A DNA stretch of 64,000 bases from Candidatus Nanoarchaeia archaeon. GTDB taxonomy: Archaea; Nanobdellota; Nanobdellia; Tiddalikarchaeales; Tiddalikarchaeaceae. The stretch spans positions 6,443 to 70,442 of the forward strand of contig JBAZGS010000006.1 in NCBI GenBank assembly GCA_041652755.1, read 5' to 3'. The notes under the pieces are model-generated. The model had not been told where the DNA came from, did not search any database, and was given only the letters and a program-made list of their open reading frames with translations. Position 1 is the stretch's first letter; the number at the start of each line of letters is the position of its first letter. A program made the translations under genes and the position numbers. Shown one piece after another: positions 38,951-47,149 of this stretch.

Positions 38951-38993
38951 ATTGGGAAAGGTGCGGATTGCTCCGCATCCTTTTTCTCCCAAT
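38951..38993 (-). terminator. GC-rich stem-loop in the 3' UTR of the S-layer gene (terminator or stability hairpin)
   Basis: Minus strand ATTGGG-AGAA-AAAGG-A-TGCGGA-GCAA-TCCGCA-CCTTT-CCCAAT followed by a T-run. Confidence 0.7.
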
Positions 38994-39021
38994 CATTAAA
39001 TAAAATTTAATTGTTTAAACT

Positions 39022-41367
39022 TTATTCAGCGTCAGCTACTACGCTTACTGTAGTGTAAGAGCTAGAACTTGTGTCTAACCATACTAGGTTTCCACTTAAA
39101 TCCATTGCTCTTGTTCCAGCTACGTGTGCAGCTAATGCTTGGCATGCAAGCTTTGTGTCTTTAGCGTCTCTTCCTGCTATTACAAGAACTGTCTGGCTTC
39201 CGCCAAATGCATTCTCGATTAATTCTAAATACGCTTTGTTAGTTGCTTCTAATAATGCAGCAGTAGTTATTCCTTCTTCATTAGCTGCTAATTCTGCAGT
39301 TAATAAGTTAGCGTCTCCACCACCAATTATTATAGTTGGTTTTGCTAAAGTTACTGGGCTTGAATAAGCTGATGCGCTTGCTCCTATTCCAGGTGTTATT
39401 GGAGTTACTCCTCCAGCACTTGCAACATTTGAGCCTGCAACAGTCCATCCTTCGCCATCAATCTCGTCTCCAACACTAACTGTTGTTGCTTCTGTAGCAC
39501 TTCTTCCAATCCATAGATCTGCTTGTCTTCTTGTTTCAGTAGCTTCTATGTTTATTGAATCTACAGTTCTACTTACCATTCCACCCCATGCAGTATATGT
39601 GTCTTCACCAGTAATTAGGTTTCCTTTTCCTGCAACAGTTAAAGAATCAATGGTATTGTTTTTATAAACAATTGTCATTACATCTCCATTGTTTTCTTTT
39701 ACAGTTAAAGTTCCTGAGATTTTTCCATTGTTGTTTAATTCATCAACTCCACTAGTTGCAGCATAACTTATCTCATTTAAATATAATGGAGTATAATTTG
39801 TTAATTCTCCACCAAATTTAGGTGATTGTTTTGCTGTAAAGTTAAGCAAAGTTATGTTGTATTGCATTGTTGGGTATGTTGATCCACTTGTGTTTACAAA
39901 TGTAATATTATACCAAGCACTTGATGTGTTAAACAATGCAGCACCACTCCAAACTGGAGCTAAAGCAGCAGGTACATCCATTTGAGTAAAGTTTGATACT
40001 GGCACTAATTGTAATGCATCTCCACCAGCATTTTTTACCCACATGTGTGTATAGTTAACAAGCTGTATTATGTTTAAGTCATCTGAGCCTATTAACTGAA
40101 GTGTTGATGTGTGTCTATCTGTTCCTATTGTTGTTCCTGTTATTCCATGCAAATAAAGTGCTTTTGATTCTGATTCATTATTTGTATAAGAAATAGCTGG
40201 AGCTACTCCTCCTCCTGAACTTGCAGCAGGGATATTTGTAATTGAAATTGAAGTTGTATTCACATCTCTCCATCCTGCGAAAGTTAAGTTAAAGTAATCC
40301 ATTACTCCAAGGCTTTCTCCTGCAACTAATTTTATGTTGTTAGGATATGATGGGCTAGTAAAGCTTATTGAGCTTAAATTTCCATCCCCATTTGCATCAC
40401 TTACAATATTAACTTTCCAATTTGCTAAAGAAGCATCTAAAGCGCTTGCATTCTTAGTTGATTGTAGGCTAAATGCTGAAGTTGACCAGCTTAAATCAAT
40501 TGTTGAAGCTCCTGAGCTTAGTGTTCTTAAATTACTTAAAGTAAATAAGTAATCTCCTAAGTTATCTTTTGTTCCAACATTAGACATAAAGTCATTGAAC
40601 ATTACAGTTCCGTTTTCTGCTGTAACTTTAACTAAAACATCTTGGTTTCCAGTTGTACTGAAATCAAGAAGTTGTATAGTTGCTTCTCCTGGTATTGTTA
40701 CTGTTGAAGGGAATGTTAATCCTTTATTATCAACCATGTTTCCAAACTTTACTTCATTAGCAGCTGGAATAGATACTATTTGGTAATTTTGTCCAAACAT
40801 TGGAATTACTGATCCAACTGGAAATTCATACTTTGCTGTTCCATTATAAGAAACAGTATATACAACATTTCCTGGTGATTCAGCATATTCTCCACCATAG
40901 TTTATTGATGCTGTTGCTCCAACAGTTAATTTTTCATAGATTGGGTATTCAGTATCATTGTATGAAACTGTTGCATTTGTCATCCAGTCAAAACCGCTTA
41001 CGCTATTGTTGAAGATTGTACCAACTGGTGAATTTGTTATATTCATATATCCTGTTGATGAATTTATTTGTCCAGGTGTCATTGGCCTTGTTAGGCTTAT
41101 TGATCCGCTTGATGTTACTGTTGCGCTTGCTTGTTGAGCAAATGCTGCAGCAACATCCATTGCGCCGGCTAAGTCGCTTGAGATTCCAGCAGCTGTTCCG
41201 CTTGAACCTACTACAATATTAGCATTAAATACCCCATTTGTTACAAATGGTGCTGGTAAATTTGCTAATGTTGCTGCCATTACAGGTGCCATCATAGAGC
41301 TAGCCATGATTGCTGAGCCTGCTAAAGCTGCGACTTTCTTTATTTTCATTACTAAATTGTTTTGCAT
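39022..41367 (-). CDS. S-layer protein
   Basis: KIKKVAAL signal peptide, LANLPAPFV..IVVG..D N-terminal motif, IIIGGGDAN..LVIAG.DAKDT C-terminal motif, many NxS/T sequons; start moved to MQNN after GGAG. Confidence 0.92.
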   Translation of the reverse strand: MQNNLVMKIKKVAALAGSAIMASSMMAPVMAATLANLPAPFVTNGVFNANIVVGSSGTAAGISSDLAGAMDVAAAFAQQASATVTSSGSISLTRPMTPGQINSSTGYMNITNSPVGTIFNNSVSGFDWMTNATVSYNDTEYPIYEKLTVGATASINYGGEYAESPGNVVYTVSYNGTAKYEFPVGSVIPMFGQNYQIVSIPAANEVKFGNMVDNKGLTFPSTVTIPGEATIQLLDFSTTGNQDVLVKVTAENGTVMFNDFMSNVGTKDNLGDYLFTLSNLRTLSSGASTIDLSWSTSAFSLQSTKNASALDASLANWKVNIVSDANGDGNLSSISFTSPSYPNNIKLVAGESLGVMDYFNLTFAGWRDVNTTSISITNIPAASSGGGVAPAISYTNNESESKALYLHGITGTTIGTDRHTSTLQLIGSDDLNIIQLVNYTHMWVKNAGGDALQLVPVSNFTQMDVPAALAPVWSGAALFNTSSAWYNITFVNTSGSTYPTMQYNITLLNFTAKQSPKFGGELTNYTPLYLNEISYAATSGVDELNNNGKISGTLTVKENNGDVMTIVYKNNTIDSLTVAGKGNLITGEDTYTAWGGMVSRTVDSINIEATETRRQADLWIGRSATEATTVSVGDEIDGEGWTVAGSNVASAGGVTPITPGIGASASAYSSPVTLAKPTIIIGGGDANLLTAELAANEEGITTAALLEATNKAYLELIENAFGGSQTVLVIAGRDAKDTKLACQALAAHVAGTRAMDLSGNLVWLDTSSSSYTTVSVVADAE

Positions 41368-41482
41368 TTTACTTTTTCTCCGTTTTCTTTTATAGTGTGT
41401 ATATTTTTTAGGAAAACTTTTCTTTTTACTGTTTCCTCTAACTAGAATAGTGTGTGTAATAAACAAGGTTAATTGTTTGCTT

Positions 41483-41890
41483 TTAAAGATTTTGCCTAGT
41501 ATTACTTCGTATTACTTTCCTGGATAGTATTTTATTTAGGCTTAATTGGGTTTTTAGCTGTTTGTCTATTTCATTTAATTTTCCTAAGAAATCGTTGGCG
41601 AAATTTTCTAATTCTCCTGCGCTTAATTCAAGCTTGTATGGTTCAATGATTTCAGCGCTGGTTGGTGAATAATTTATCATAAATGAGAAAAATTCTGTCA
41701 AGTTTTTGAATGTGATTGTGATTTCAATAAAGGAGGAGTAAAATTCTTTGCCTGTTTTTTCAGGCTTTTCTATGTGCTCATCTTCTGTTTTGAAGTTTTT
41801 CTTGAAAGAGTCAAGCATTGCATTTACTGTTTTTATTAATAATTCTTTGGGTGAGCCCATTGTTTGTATTATTAGTCTTGATTTTATCAT
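41483..41890 (-). CDS. Conserved hypothetical archaeal protein
   Basis: MGSPKE, YSSFIEI, NYSPTSAEIIEP. Confidence 0.75.
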   Translation of the reverse strand: MIKSRLIIQTMGSPKELLIKTVNAMLDSFKKNFKTEDEHIEKPEKTGKEFYSSFIEITITFKNLTEFFSFMINYSPTSAEIIEPYKLELSAGELENFANDFLGKLNEIDKQLKTQLSLNKILSRKVIRSNTRQNL

Positions 41891-42867
41891 TTTATTTTCA
41901 CATACATTATTATTAGGGAGATTAGCCCTATCAATATTGCTGGTATGTAGTAATATTCATCCCTTTTTAAATTTAATTTTGCGGTTATTTTTGAAGTTTG
42001 CCCTTCCTGAATAGTTGATGAAACATTAATTGGTTCAGGGCAGCTGATTATTTCGCACTCAATGCAGGTTTCGCATTCAGGGCAGGTAAGATTAATTTGT
42101 TCAGGTTCTTGCGTTTGGTTTGTTATTATTTCAATTGAATTAAGCGTTTGGTAAGTGTTTATATCAGATTCTGCTTTAATAATGTAATCATAAACTCCTT
42201 GGCTTATGTTTTCTAATATTTTGTTTTTCATAATTATTATTGCGCTTGAGCCTTTTGTTATGTTTAGTACCTTGAAGGAGTCATCATTTAAATTTTCATT
42301 AATGTAATTGGTTTGGTTTTTTATAAATGAAGATAATAATATTACACTGTTTTGGTCAATGTTTGTGATATTCACATAAGCAGTTACTTCAGAGTTAGGG
42401 ACTGCTGTTTGGCTGGATAATACGCTTAATATTATTCCAGCGCTTTGTTCGGGAATTGTTTCTTGGTTGCTTGTTTGCTTTACCAATATGAAATTCCCGT
42501 CATCGCAGTCAGTTCTTGTTTTTGTAGTTCCATCCTTTTTATAGCTTAGCTGCAGATAAAACCTGTAAACTGAGCTTGGCGCATTGTTTAAATTAACTGT
42601 TAAAGTGTCTAAGTATTGGTTATTTATTGAAATATTTTGTGTGAGCAATAATGCATCACACTTTAAGCTGTATTTTCCTTCTGTAAAATCATAGTTTGAT
42701 AGGCAGATTTTCAGTGTTCCTATTCCTATGAATTCTTCTTCAATATTAACTGATATTGCTGCAGAGTCTTGCGGGTAATATAAGTGATTTGTTAGGGTTC
42801 CTTCAACTCCTGCATAGATTGGGCTGAAAAGCAGCATAATTGCCAGTGCAATTACTTGTTTTTTCAT
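41887..42867 (-). CDS. Secreted/surface protein with C-terminal TM anchor
   Basis: Signal peptide, Ig-like beta-rich domains, CPECETCIECEIISCPEP linker, C-terminal TM plus KIK. Confidence 0.8.
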   Translation of the reverse strand: MKKQVIALAIMLLFSPIYAGVEGTLTNHLYYPQDSAAISVNIEEEFIGIGTLKICLSNYDFTEGKYSLKCDALLLTQNISINNQYLDTLTVNLNNAPSSVYRFYLQLSYKKDGTTKTRTDCDDGNFILVKQTSNQETIPEQSAGIILSVLSSQTAVPNSEVTAYVNITNIDQNSVILLSSFIKNQTNYINENLNDDSFKVLNITKGSSAIIIMKNKILENISQGVYDYIIKAESDINTYQTLNSIEIITNQTQEPEQINLTCPECETCIECEIISCPEPINVSSTIQEGQTSKITAKLNLKRDEYYYIPAILIGLISLIIMYVKIK

Positions 42868-42929
42868 GAAATTTTTAGTGTTTAATAATTAAAAAAAGTT
42901 TTTAAACAATTAAGTTATTCATTTTAAAC

Positions 42930-43418
42930 ATGGGTTTATTTGACAATAATAAAAAATCAAGCAACATTAGCTTTCCTCAAAAAGAGGGAGAAATGAAACC
43001 TGCTTTTCCAGAGCCTCCGGAGTCAATTGATGACTTTGATGATCTAGGAAGCGTAAAAAATAGTGTTGAATCTTCAATGCCTGAAAATGACTCAAACATT
43101 GATGATAGTGCTGTTGAGAATGCTTTAGAAGAAGATATGGTTTCAAAAGAGCCAACTATGCCTATTAATTTTGGACAAAGGCCTAAGATGGAAAGCAACA
43201 ATCCAATATTATATATTAAGCTTTCAGAGTATAAAGAAGTTGTCCAAGCAACGAGCAATATGAGAAAGGATATTGAAAAGGCTAAGGCTATTGTTGGAGA
43301 TTTAAGAATGATTGAAAGGGATGAGAATTCAAAGCTTGAAAAGAGCGAAGAGGTAATTAAGGAAGTTGAAGATATAATCTCTTTGTTTGAAAAAGTGATG
43401 ATTACCCCTATAGAATAA
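42930..43418 (+). CDS. Hypothetical protein, acidic disordered N-terminus plus coiled coil
   Basis: MGLF start, P/D/E-rich region, PILYIKLSEYKEV then coiled coil. Confidence 0.75.
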   Translation: MGLFDNNKKSSNISFPQKEGEMKPAFPEPPESIDDFDDLGSVKNSVESSMPENDSNIDDSAVENALEEDMVSKEPTMPINFGQRPKMESNNPILYIKLSEYKEVVQATSNMRKDIEKAKAIVGDLRMIERDENSKLEKSEEVIKEVEDIISLFEKVMITPIE

Positions 43419-43451
43419 AAAAACTAAAAAAATAATTAAAAAATAAGGTTT

Positions 43452-43589
43452 TTAGTTTGGTTTTGCAATTGGCCTTAAAGCTAATTGCTGAATTCTATGT
43501 TTGTACCATTCGGTTTCAAGTTTTTGTTTTTTTGCTTCATTTTCTATTTCTCTAGACATTTCATTGAAGCTTTTGAAGTTGCATATCAT
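43452..43589 (-). CDS. Possible 45-aa small protein, missing from ORF track
   Basis: MICNFKSFNEMSREIENEAKKQKLETEWYKHRIQQLALRPIAKPN fills an otherwise empty gap. Confidence 0.45.
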   Translation of the reverse strand: MICNFKSFNEMSREIENEAKKQKLETEWYKHRIQQLALRPIAKPN

Positions 43590-43686
43590 AGTTATTTAGT
43601 TACTTATGGGTTTATTTAAAAAGAAATGATACTAAGCTTCCCCTAATCCGTTAATATTTTAAATACACACTTAATCAATAATATTC

Positions 43687-44247
43687 ATGGTTTTCAAGAA
43701 AGGCCACGTGCCAGTTAAAAAAAAATCTGCTGCAAAAAAAGCATCTGATGTTATTAAAAAAAAAGAAAATGACGTCTCTGATTTTTATGTTAAATTTGGA
43801 ATAAAAAATGATATGAAAAACAATTTATCAAACCTTTCTTACTTAATTGCCACATTAAAAAAAGATTTAAGTCTTGTTAATAATCTTAGAGGGAAAAAAG
43901 CTTTTTTAAGAAAAGAGCTTTATGAAACCCTTATTAGCTTAAGGCTTAATATCGATTCATTTGAAAGGCATATGCCTGCCAAGGAATATGAAGCTTTAAA
44001 GAACAAGATTCTAGAAATAAGCAAGTATGCCAAGAAAGAATTGGATAAAAAACCTGAAGTCAGAAAAGTTGAAAGGATAGTTCCAAAACCTGCTGAAATT
44101 ATAAAGGAAACCATAAAAAAGCCTGAGCCTGTTGCTGAAAAAAAATCCAGCCTTTTTGATGGAGCTTCAGACAAGGAGAAAAAAGAGCTTGAAACGCTAA
44201 GAAAGGATTTGGAAGACATAAGCGAGCAGCTAAGAAACAAGGATTAG
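43687..44247 (+). CDS. Hypothetical coiled-coil protein
   Basis: Lys-rich N-terminus, coiled coil, ends ELETLRKDLEDISEQL. Confidence 0.75.
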   Translation: MVFKKGHVPVKKKSAAKKASDVIKKKENDVSDFYVKFGIKNDMKNNLSNLSYLIATLKKDLSLVNNLRGKKAFLRKELYETLISLRLNIDSFERHMPAKEYEALKNKILEISKYAKKELDKKPEVRKVERIVPKPAEIIKETIKKPEPVAEKKSSLFDGASDKEKKELETLRKDLEDISEQLRNKD

Positions 44248-44298
44248 TAAAAAAAATAAGTTTTTTAAAACAAGTGTTATCTATTAATTATTAGCTTT

Positions 44299-44445
44299 GC
44301 AGGGTTGCCGGAGCGGTCAAACGGAACAGACTCAAGACTACTATGTTTTGAGTTATGAGCATATTAATTGTGCGATGAAATATTGTTAAAATGTGAGAAA
44401 TCTGTCAGCTTAGTGCTTGCGCGAGTTCGAATCTCGTACCCTGCA
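44299..44445 (+). tRNA. tRNA-Leu(CAA) with 63-nt intron at 37/38 (intron 44337-44399)
   Basis: Acceptor GCAGGGT/ACCCTGC+A, anticodon arm ACAGA-CTCAAG^A-TCTGT, long variable arm, T arm GCGAG-TTCGAAT-CTCGT; BHB central helix CTCA/TGAG. Confidence 0.95.
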
Positions 44446-44487
44446 ATTTTTTATTTTTTTGATTTATAAAAATTGCTGCTTTAACTG

Positions 44488-45210
44488 TTATTTTATTCTT
44501 GATGCAGTGGTTATTGTGAATGGGATTGTTTTTAGCCATACTTTCCTGTTTTTAACATTTTCAAAAATATTGTTTAAATCAATGAGGTTGTAATTAAGTG
44601 TTATTAATAATCCTCCTTTTTTTAGCAAACCTTTTAGTTTTGCAAGCATTTTTTTAAGCTGCTCACCTGAATAATAATGCAACACTAATGAAGCTAGTAT
44701 TACATCATATTTTTTTTTCAAAACAAATTTTTCTAGATCTGTGCAATAAAAATGTGCATTAAAGTTTTTTAGCCTTTTTTTTGCAAGGTCAAGCATTTTT
44801 GGTGAAATATCCAGCAAATCAATTGAGTTAAAACCTTTTTTGAATAATTCTAAATCGTTTTCTCCTGTTCCTGCCCCAATATCTAAAATGCTTGAATTAT
44901 TTGGAATTTTTGAGAACTCCTTTAATAGTTCTTTTATTATAGGATTATTTTTTTTGTAAACAATGTGATAATTCTTGGCATATTCATCATAAAATTCCTT
45001 GTATTCTTTGGTTGATGCATCCATAGGTATGAAATATCCTGGCAAAAAACCATCATACATTACATGCTTGTTATTAATGTTTAATTTAACAAAGGATGGC
45101 TCTTTTTTTACATTCAGCTTTATCCAAGATGGGCGCTTTCCGCTGCCGCCATAAGAAAATGATATTTTACGTTTTGGTTTTATTGAATAATAAAGCTTGA
45201 CAATTCGCAT
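44488..45210 (-). CDS. Class I SAM-dependent methyltransferase
   Basis: ILDIGAGTG, DISPKML, YDVILASLVLHY, LKKGG; start uncertain. Confidence 0.9.
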   Translation of the reverse strand: MRIVKLYYSIKPKRKISFSYGGSGKRPSWIKLNVKKEPSFVKLNINNKHVMYDGFLPGYFIPMDASTKEYKEFYDEYAKNYHIVYKKNNPIIKELLKEFSKIPNNSSILDIGAGTGENDLELFKKGFNSIDLLDISPKMLDLAKKRLKNFNAHFYCTDLEKFVLKKKYDVILASLVLHYYSGEQLKKMLAKLKGLLKKGGLLITLNYNLIDLNNIFENVKNRKVWLKTIPFTITTASRIK

Positions 45211-45248
45211 TATAATGGTTTTTTATTGCCAATTGTTTAAAAATATGA

Positions 45249-46520
45249 TTATTCTCCTTCAAATTCAATAACTTTGTAGATTGGCCATTTTATTTTTTCT
45301 TTGCCTTTGAGTTCAGGAAGCTCAACTATGAATAAGCATTCAACAACTGTTCCCCCTAATTTTTCAATCAGGTTTCCTGCTGCTTTAATTGTTCCTCCTG
45401 TTGCAATCAAGTCATCAACGAGCAATACTTTTTGCCATGGAATTATTGAGTCTTTATGTATTTCAAGCTCTGCTTTTCCATACTCTAAATCATATGATTC
45501 TGAAATTGTTTCGCTTGGAAGCTTGCCTTTCTTTCTTATTAATACCAGTCCTTTGTTTAGCTTGTTTGCTAAAATTGATGCTATTATGAAGCCTCTGCTT
45601 TCTATTCCTGCAATGATGTCTATATCCATGTTTTTGTATCTTTTTTCAAAAATATTGATTAATTGGCTGAAAGCCTCTTTGTCTTTGAATAGTGTTGTTA
45701 CATCCCTAAACATTATTCCTTTTTTTGGCCAATTTGGAACTGTTCTTATGCTTGATTTTATTAAGTCTAGGGAAACATTTGAAAGTTTATCAATTATTCT
45801 TATAAGCAATTCCTTCATTTTGCTTGAGTTTTTGTCAAATATTTTAAGGATGTCTTCCCAGCTAACTGGCTCTTCATCGGTTTTCCAGCAGTCATAATCA
45901 GTGCTCATTGCTATTGCCAAGTATTCAATGCCTGCTTCTTTTGCGAGTATTGCTTCAGGAGCTATGCTCATATTTATTACATCAGCTCCCCATTGCCTAA
46001 ACATGTTGCTTTCTGCCTTGGTTGAGAATCTTGGGCCTTCAATAGTTATCACTGTTGCTTTTTTGTGGTAATTAAGTTTTAATTCTTCGCAAGCGCTGAT
46101 TGCTTTTTTTCTTAGCATTTCGCAGAAAGGCTCTGCCAAACTTACATGCATTGGCCCTTTAGTAAAATCATCATGGAAAGTGATTTCTCTATGCCTTGTG
46201 AAATCAATAAAATCTGATAATATTAAAAAATCTCCTCTTTTTATGTGCTCCCTTAGCGAGCCAACAGCTGTTGTTGATAAAATATGAGTGCATCCTAATT
46301 TTTTCAAGGCGTAAATGTTTGCTCTGTTGTTGACTTTTGAAGGAGGTATTTGGTGCTTTTTTCCATGCCTTGAAAGTATAAATACTTCAATGTTGCTTAT
46401 TTTTCCTGAAGTTATGCTTGATGAAGTTTTTCCATATGGAGTTTTTATTTCAAGCTCTTTTGGATTTTTTATAATTTTAGGGTTATCTAGTCCGCTTCCG
46501 CCGATTATTCCTAATTTCAT
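45249..46520 (-). CDS. mtnP-apt: Fused methylthioadenosine phosphorylase (MtnP) and adenine phosphoribosyltransferase (Apt)
   Basis: GIIGGSG, RHG, EGPRFSTKAES, STDYDCW; then WPKKGIMFRD, GIESRGF, RKKGKLP, VDDLIATGGT. Confidence 0.95.
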   Translation of the reverse strand: MKLGIIGGSGLDNPKIIKNPKELEIKTPYGKTSSSITSGKISNIEVFILSRHGKKHQIPPSKVNNRANIYALKKLGCTHILSTTAVGSLREHIKRGDFLILSDFIDFTRHREITFHDDFTKGPMHVSLAEPFCEMLRKKAISACEELKLNYHKKATVITIEGPRFSTKAESNMFRQWGADVINMSIAPEAILAKEAGIEYLAIAMSTDYDCWKTDEEPVSWEDILKIFDKNSSKMKELLIRIIDKLSNVSLDLIKSSIRTVPNWPKKGIMFRDVTTLFKDKEAFSQLINIFEKRYKNMDIDIIAGIESRGFIIASILANKLNKGLVLIRKKGKLPSETISESYDLEYGKAELEIHKDSIIPWQKVLLVDDLIATGGTIKAAGNLIEKLGGTVVECLFIVELPELKGKEKIKWPIYKVIEFEGE

Positions 46521-46569
46521 AGTAGTTTAGATTAAAATCTTGCTTTTTAAATTATTCTATAATAAATAA

Positions 46570-47022
46570 TTATTCAATTAATATATTTTTTTCTTTTATA
46601 GTGTTTAATATGATGTTTGTTTCTGTTCTTTCAACAAAGTCAAAGGTCTGGATTTTCTTTAAAAAAGCATCCATCATTCTTCTGTTTTTGAACTTTGCAA
46701 TAATGATTGCGTCAAAGTTGCCAGTTACATCATAGACTGCAAAAACCCCTTTTAGTACAGCTATTTTTTGCTCAACATCAAAAAGCCTTCCTTTAGCGAT
46801 TCTCATATGGATTAACACCTGAACATCGTAGCCTGCTTGCTCATAATCAATTTCAGCAGTGTATGACTTAATTGTTTTATTTTTTTCTAATTCTTTCACT
46901 CTATTCATTATTGTTACTGCTGACAATTTCAGTTTTTTACCTATTTCTCTATAAGATTGCTTTGAGTTCCCTATTAGGCTATTTAATATTTCCTTGTCTT
47001 TTTCATCAATCATGATTAACAA
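46570..47022 (-). CDS. Lrp/AsnC-family transcriptional regulator
   Basis: DEKDKEIL..SYREIG..RVKELE HTH; VYDVTGNFD RAM domain. Confidence 0.95.
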   Translation of the reverse strand: MLIMIDEKDKEILNSLIGNSKQSYREIGKKLKLSAVTIMNRVKELEKNKTIKSYTAEIDYEQAGYDVQVLIHMRIAKGRLFDVEQKIAVLKGVFAVYDVTGNFDAIIIAKFKNRRMMDAFLKKIQTFDFVERTETNIILNTIKEKNILIE

Positions 47023-47082
47023 CTCTTAACTAGCATATATAATATTATATTAATTACTTAAGATATTTAAATATAATTGTTT

Positions 47083-47145
47083 TAATATTTAACATTTGTT
47101 AATATTATTTACCCTAGAATTAATATTAACATTAAGTTAATATAA
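47083..47145. promoter_or_regulatory. Two imperfect palindromes, candidate operators between lrp and glnA
   Basis: TAATATTTAACA-TT-TGTTAATATTA (47083-47107) and TAATATTAAC-ATTAA-GTTAATATAA (47121-47145). Confidence 0.5.
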
Positions 47146-47149
47146 TATT

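Noticed and set aside
38951..38993. Archaeal SECIS element
   Set aside because: The upstream S-layer gene has no in-frame TGA and the internal loop does not match the GAA/A pattern
41368..41466. N-terminal extension of the S-layer ORF in the track
   Set aside because: The signal peptide and a GGAG site support the ATG at 41367
44446..45210. Integrated element at tRNA-Leu
   Set aside because: No integrase and no duplicated tRNA-Leu 3' end noticed in the window
45301..45897. Long antisense ORFs (also 56546-57055, 52515-53000, 62094-62537 and similar)
   Set aside because: Shadows of well-supported opposite-strand genes, with Ser/Phe/Leu-biased composition and no motifs
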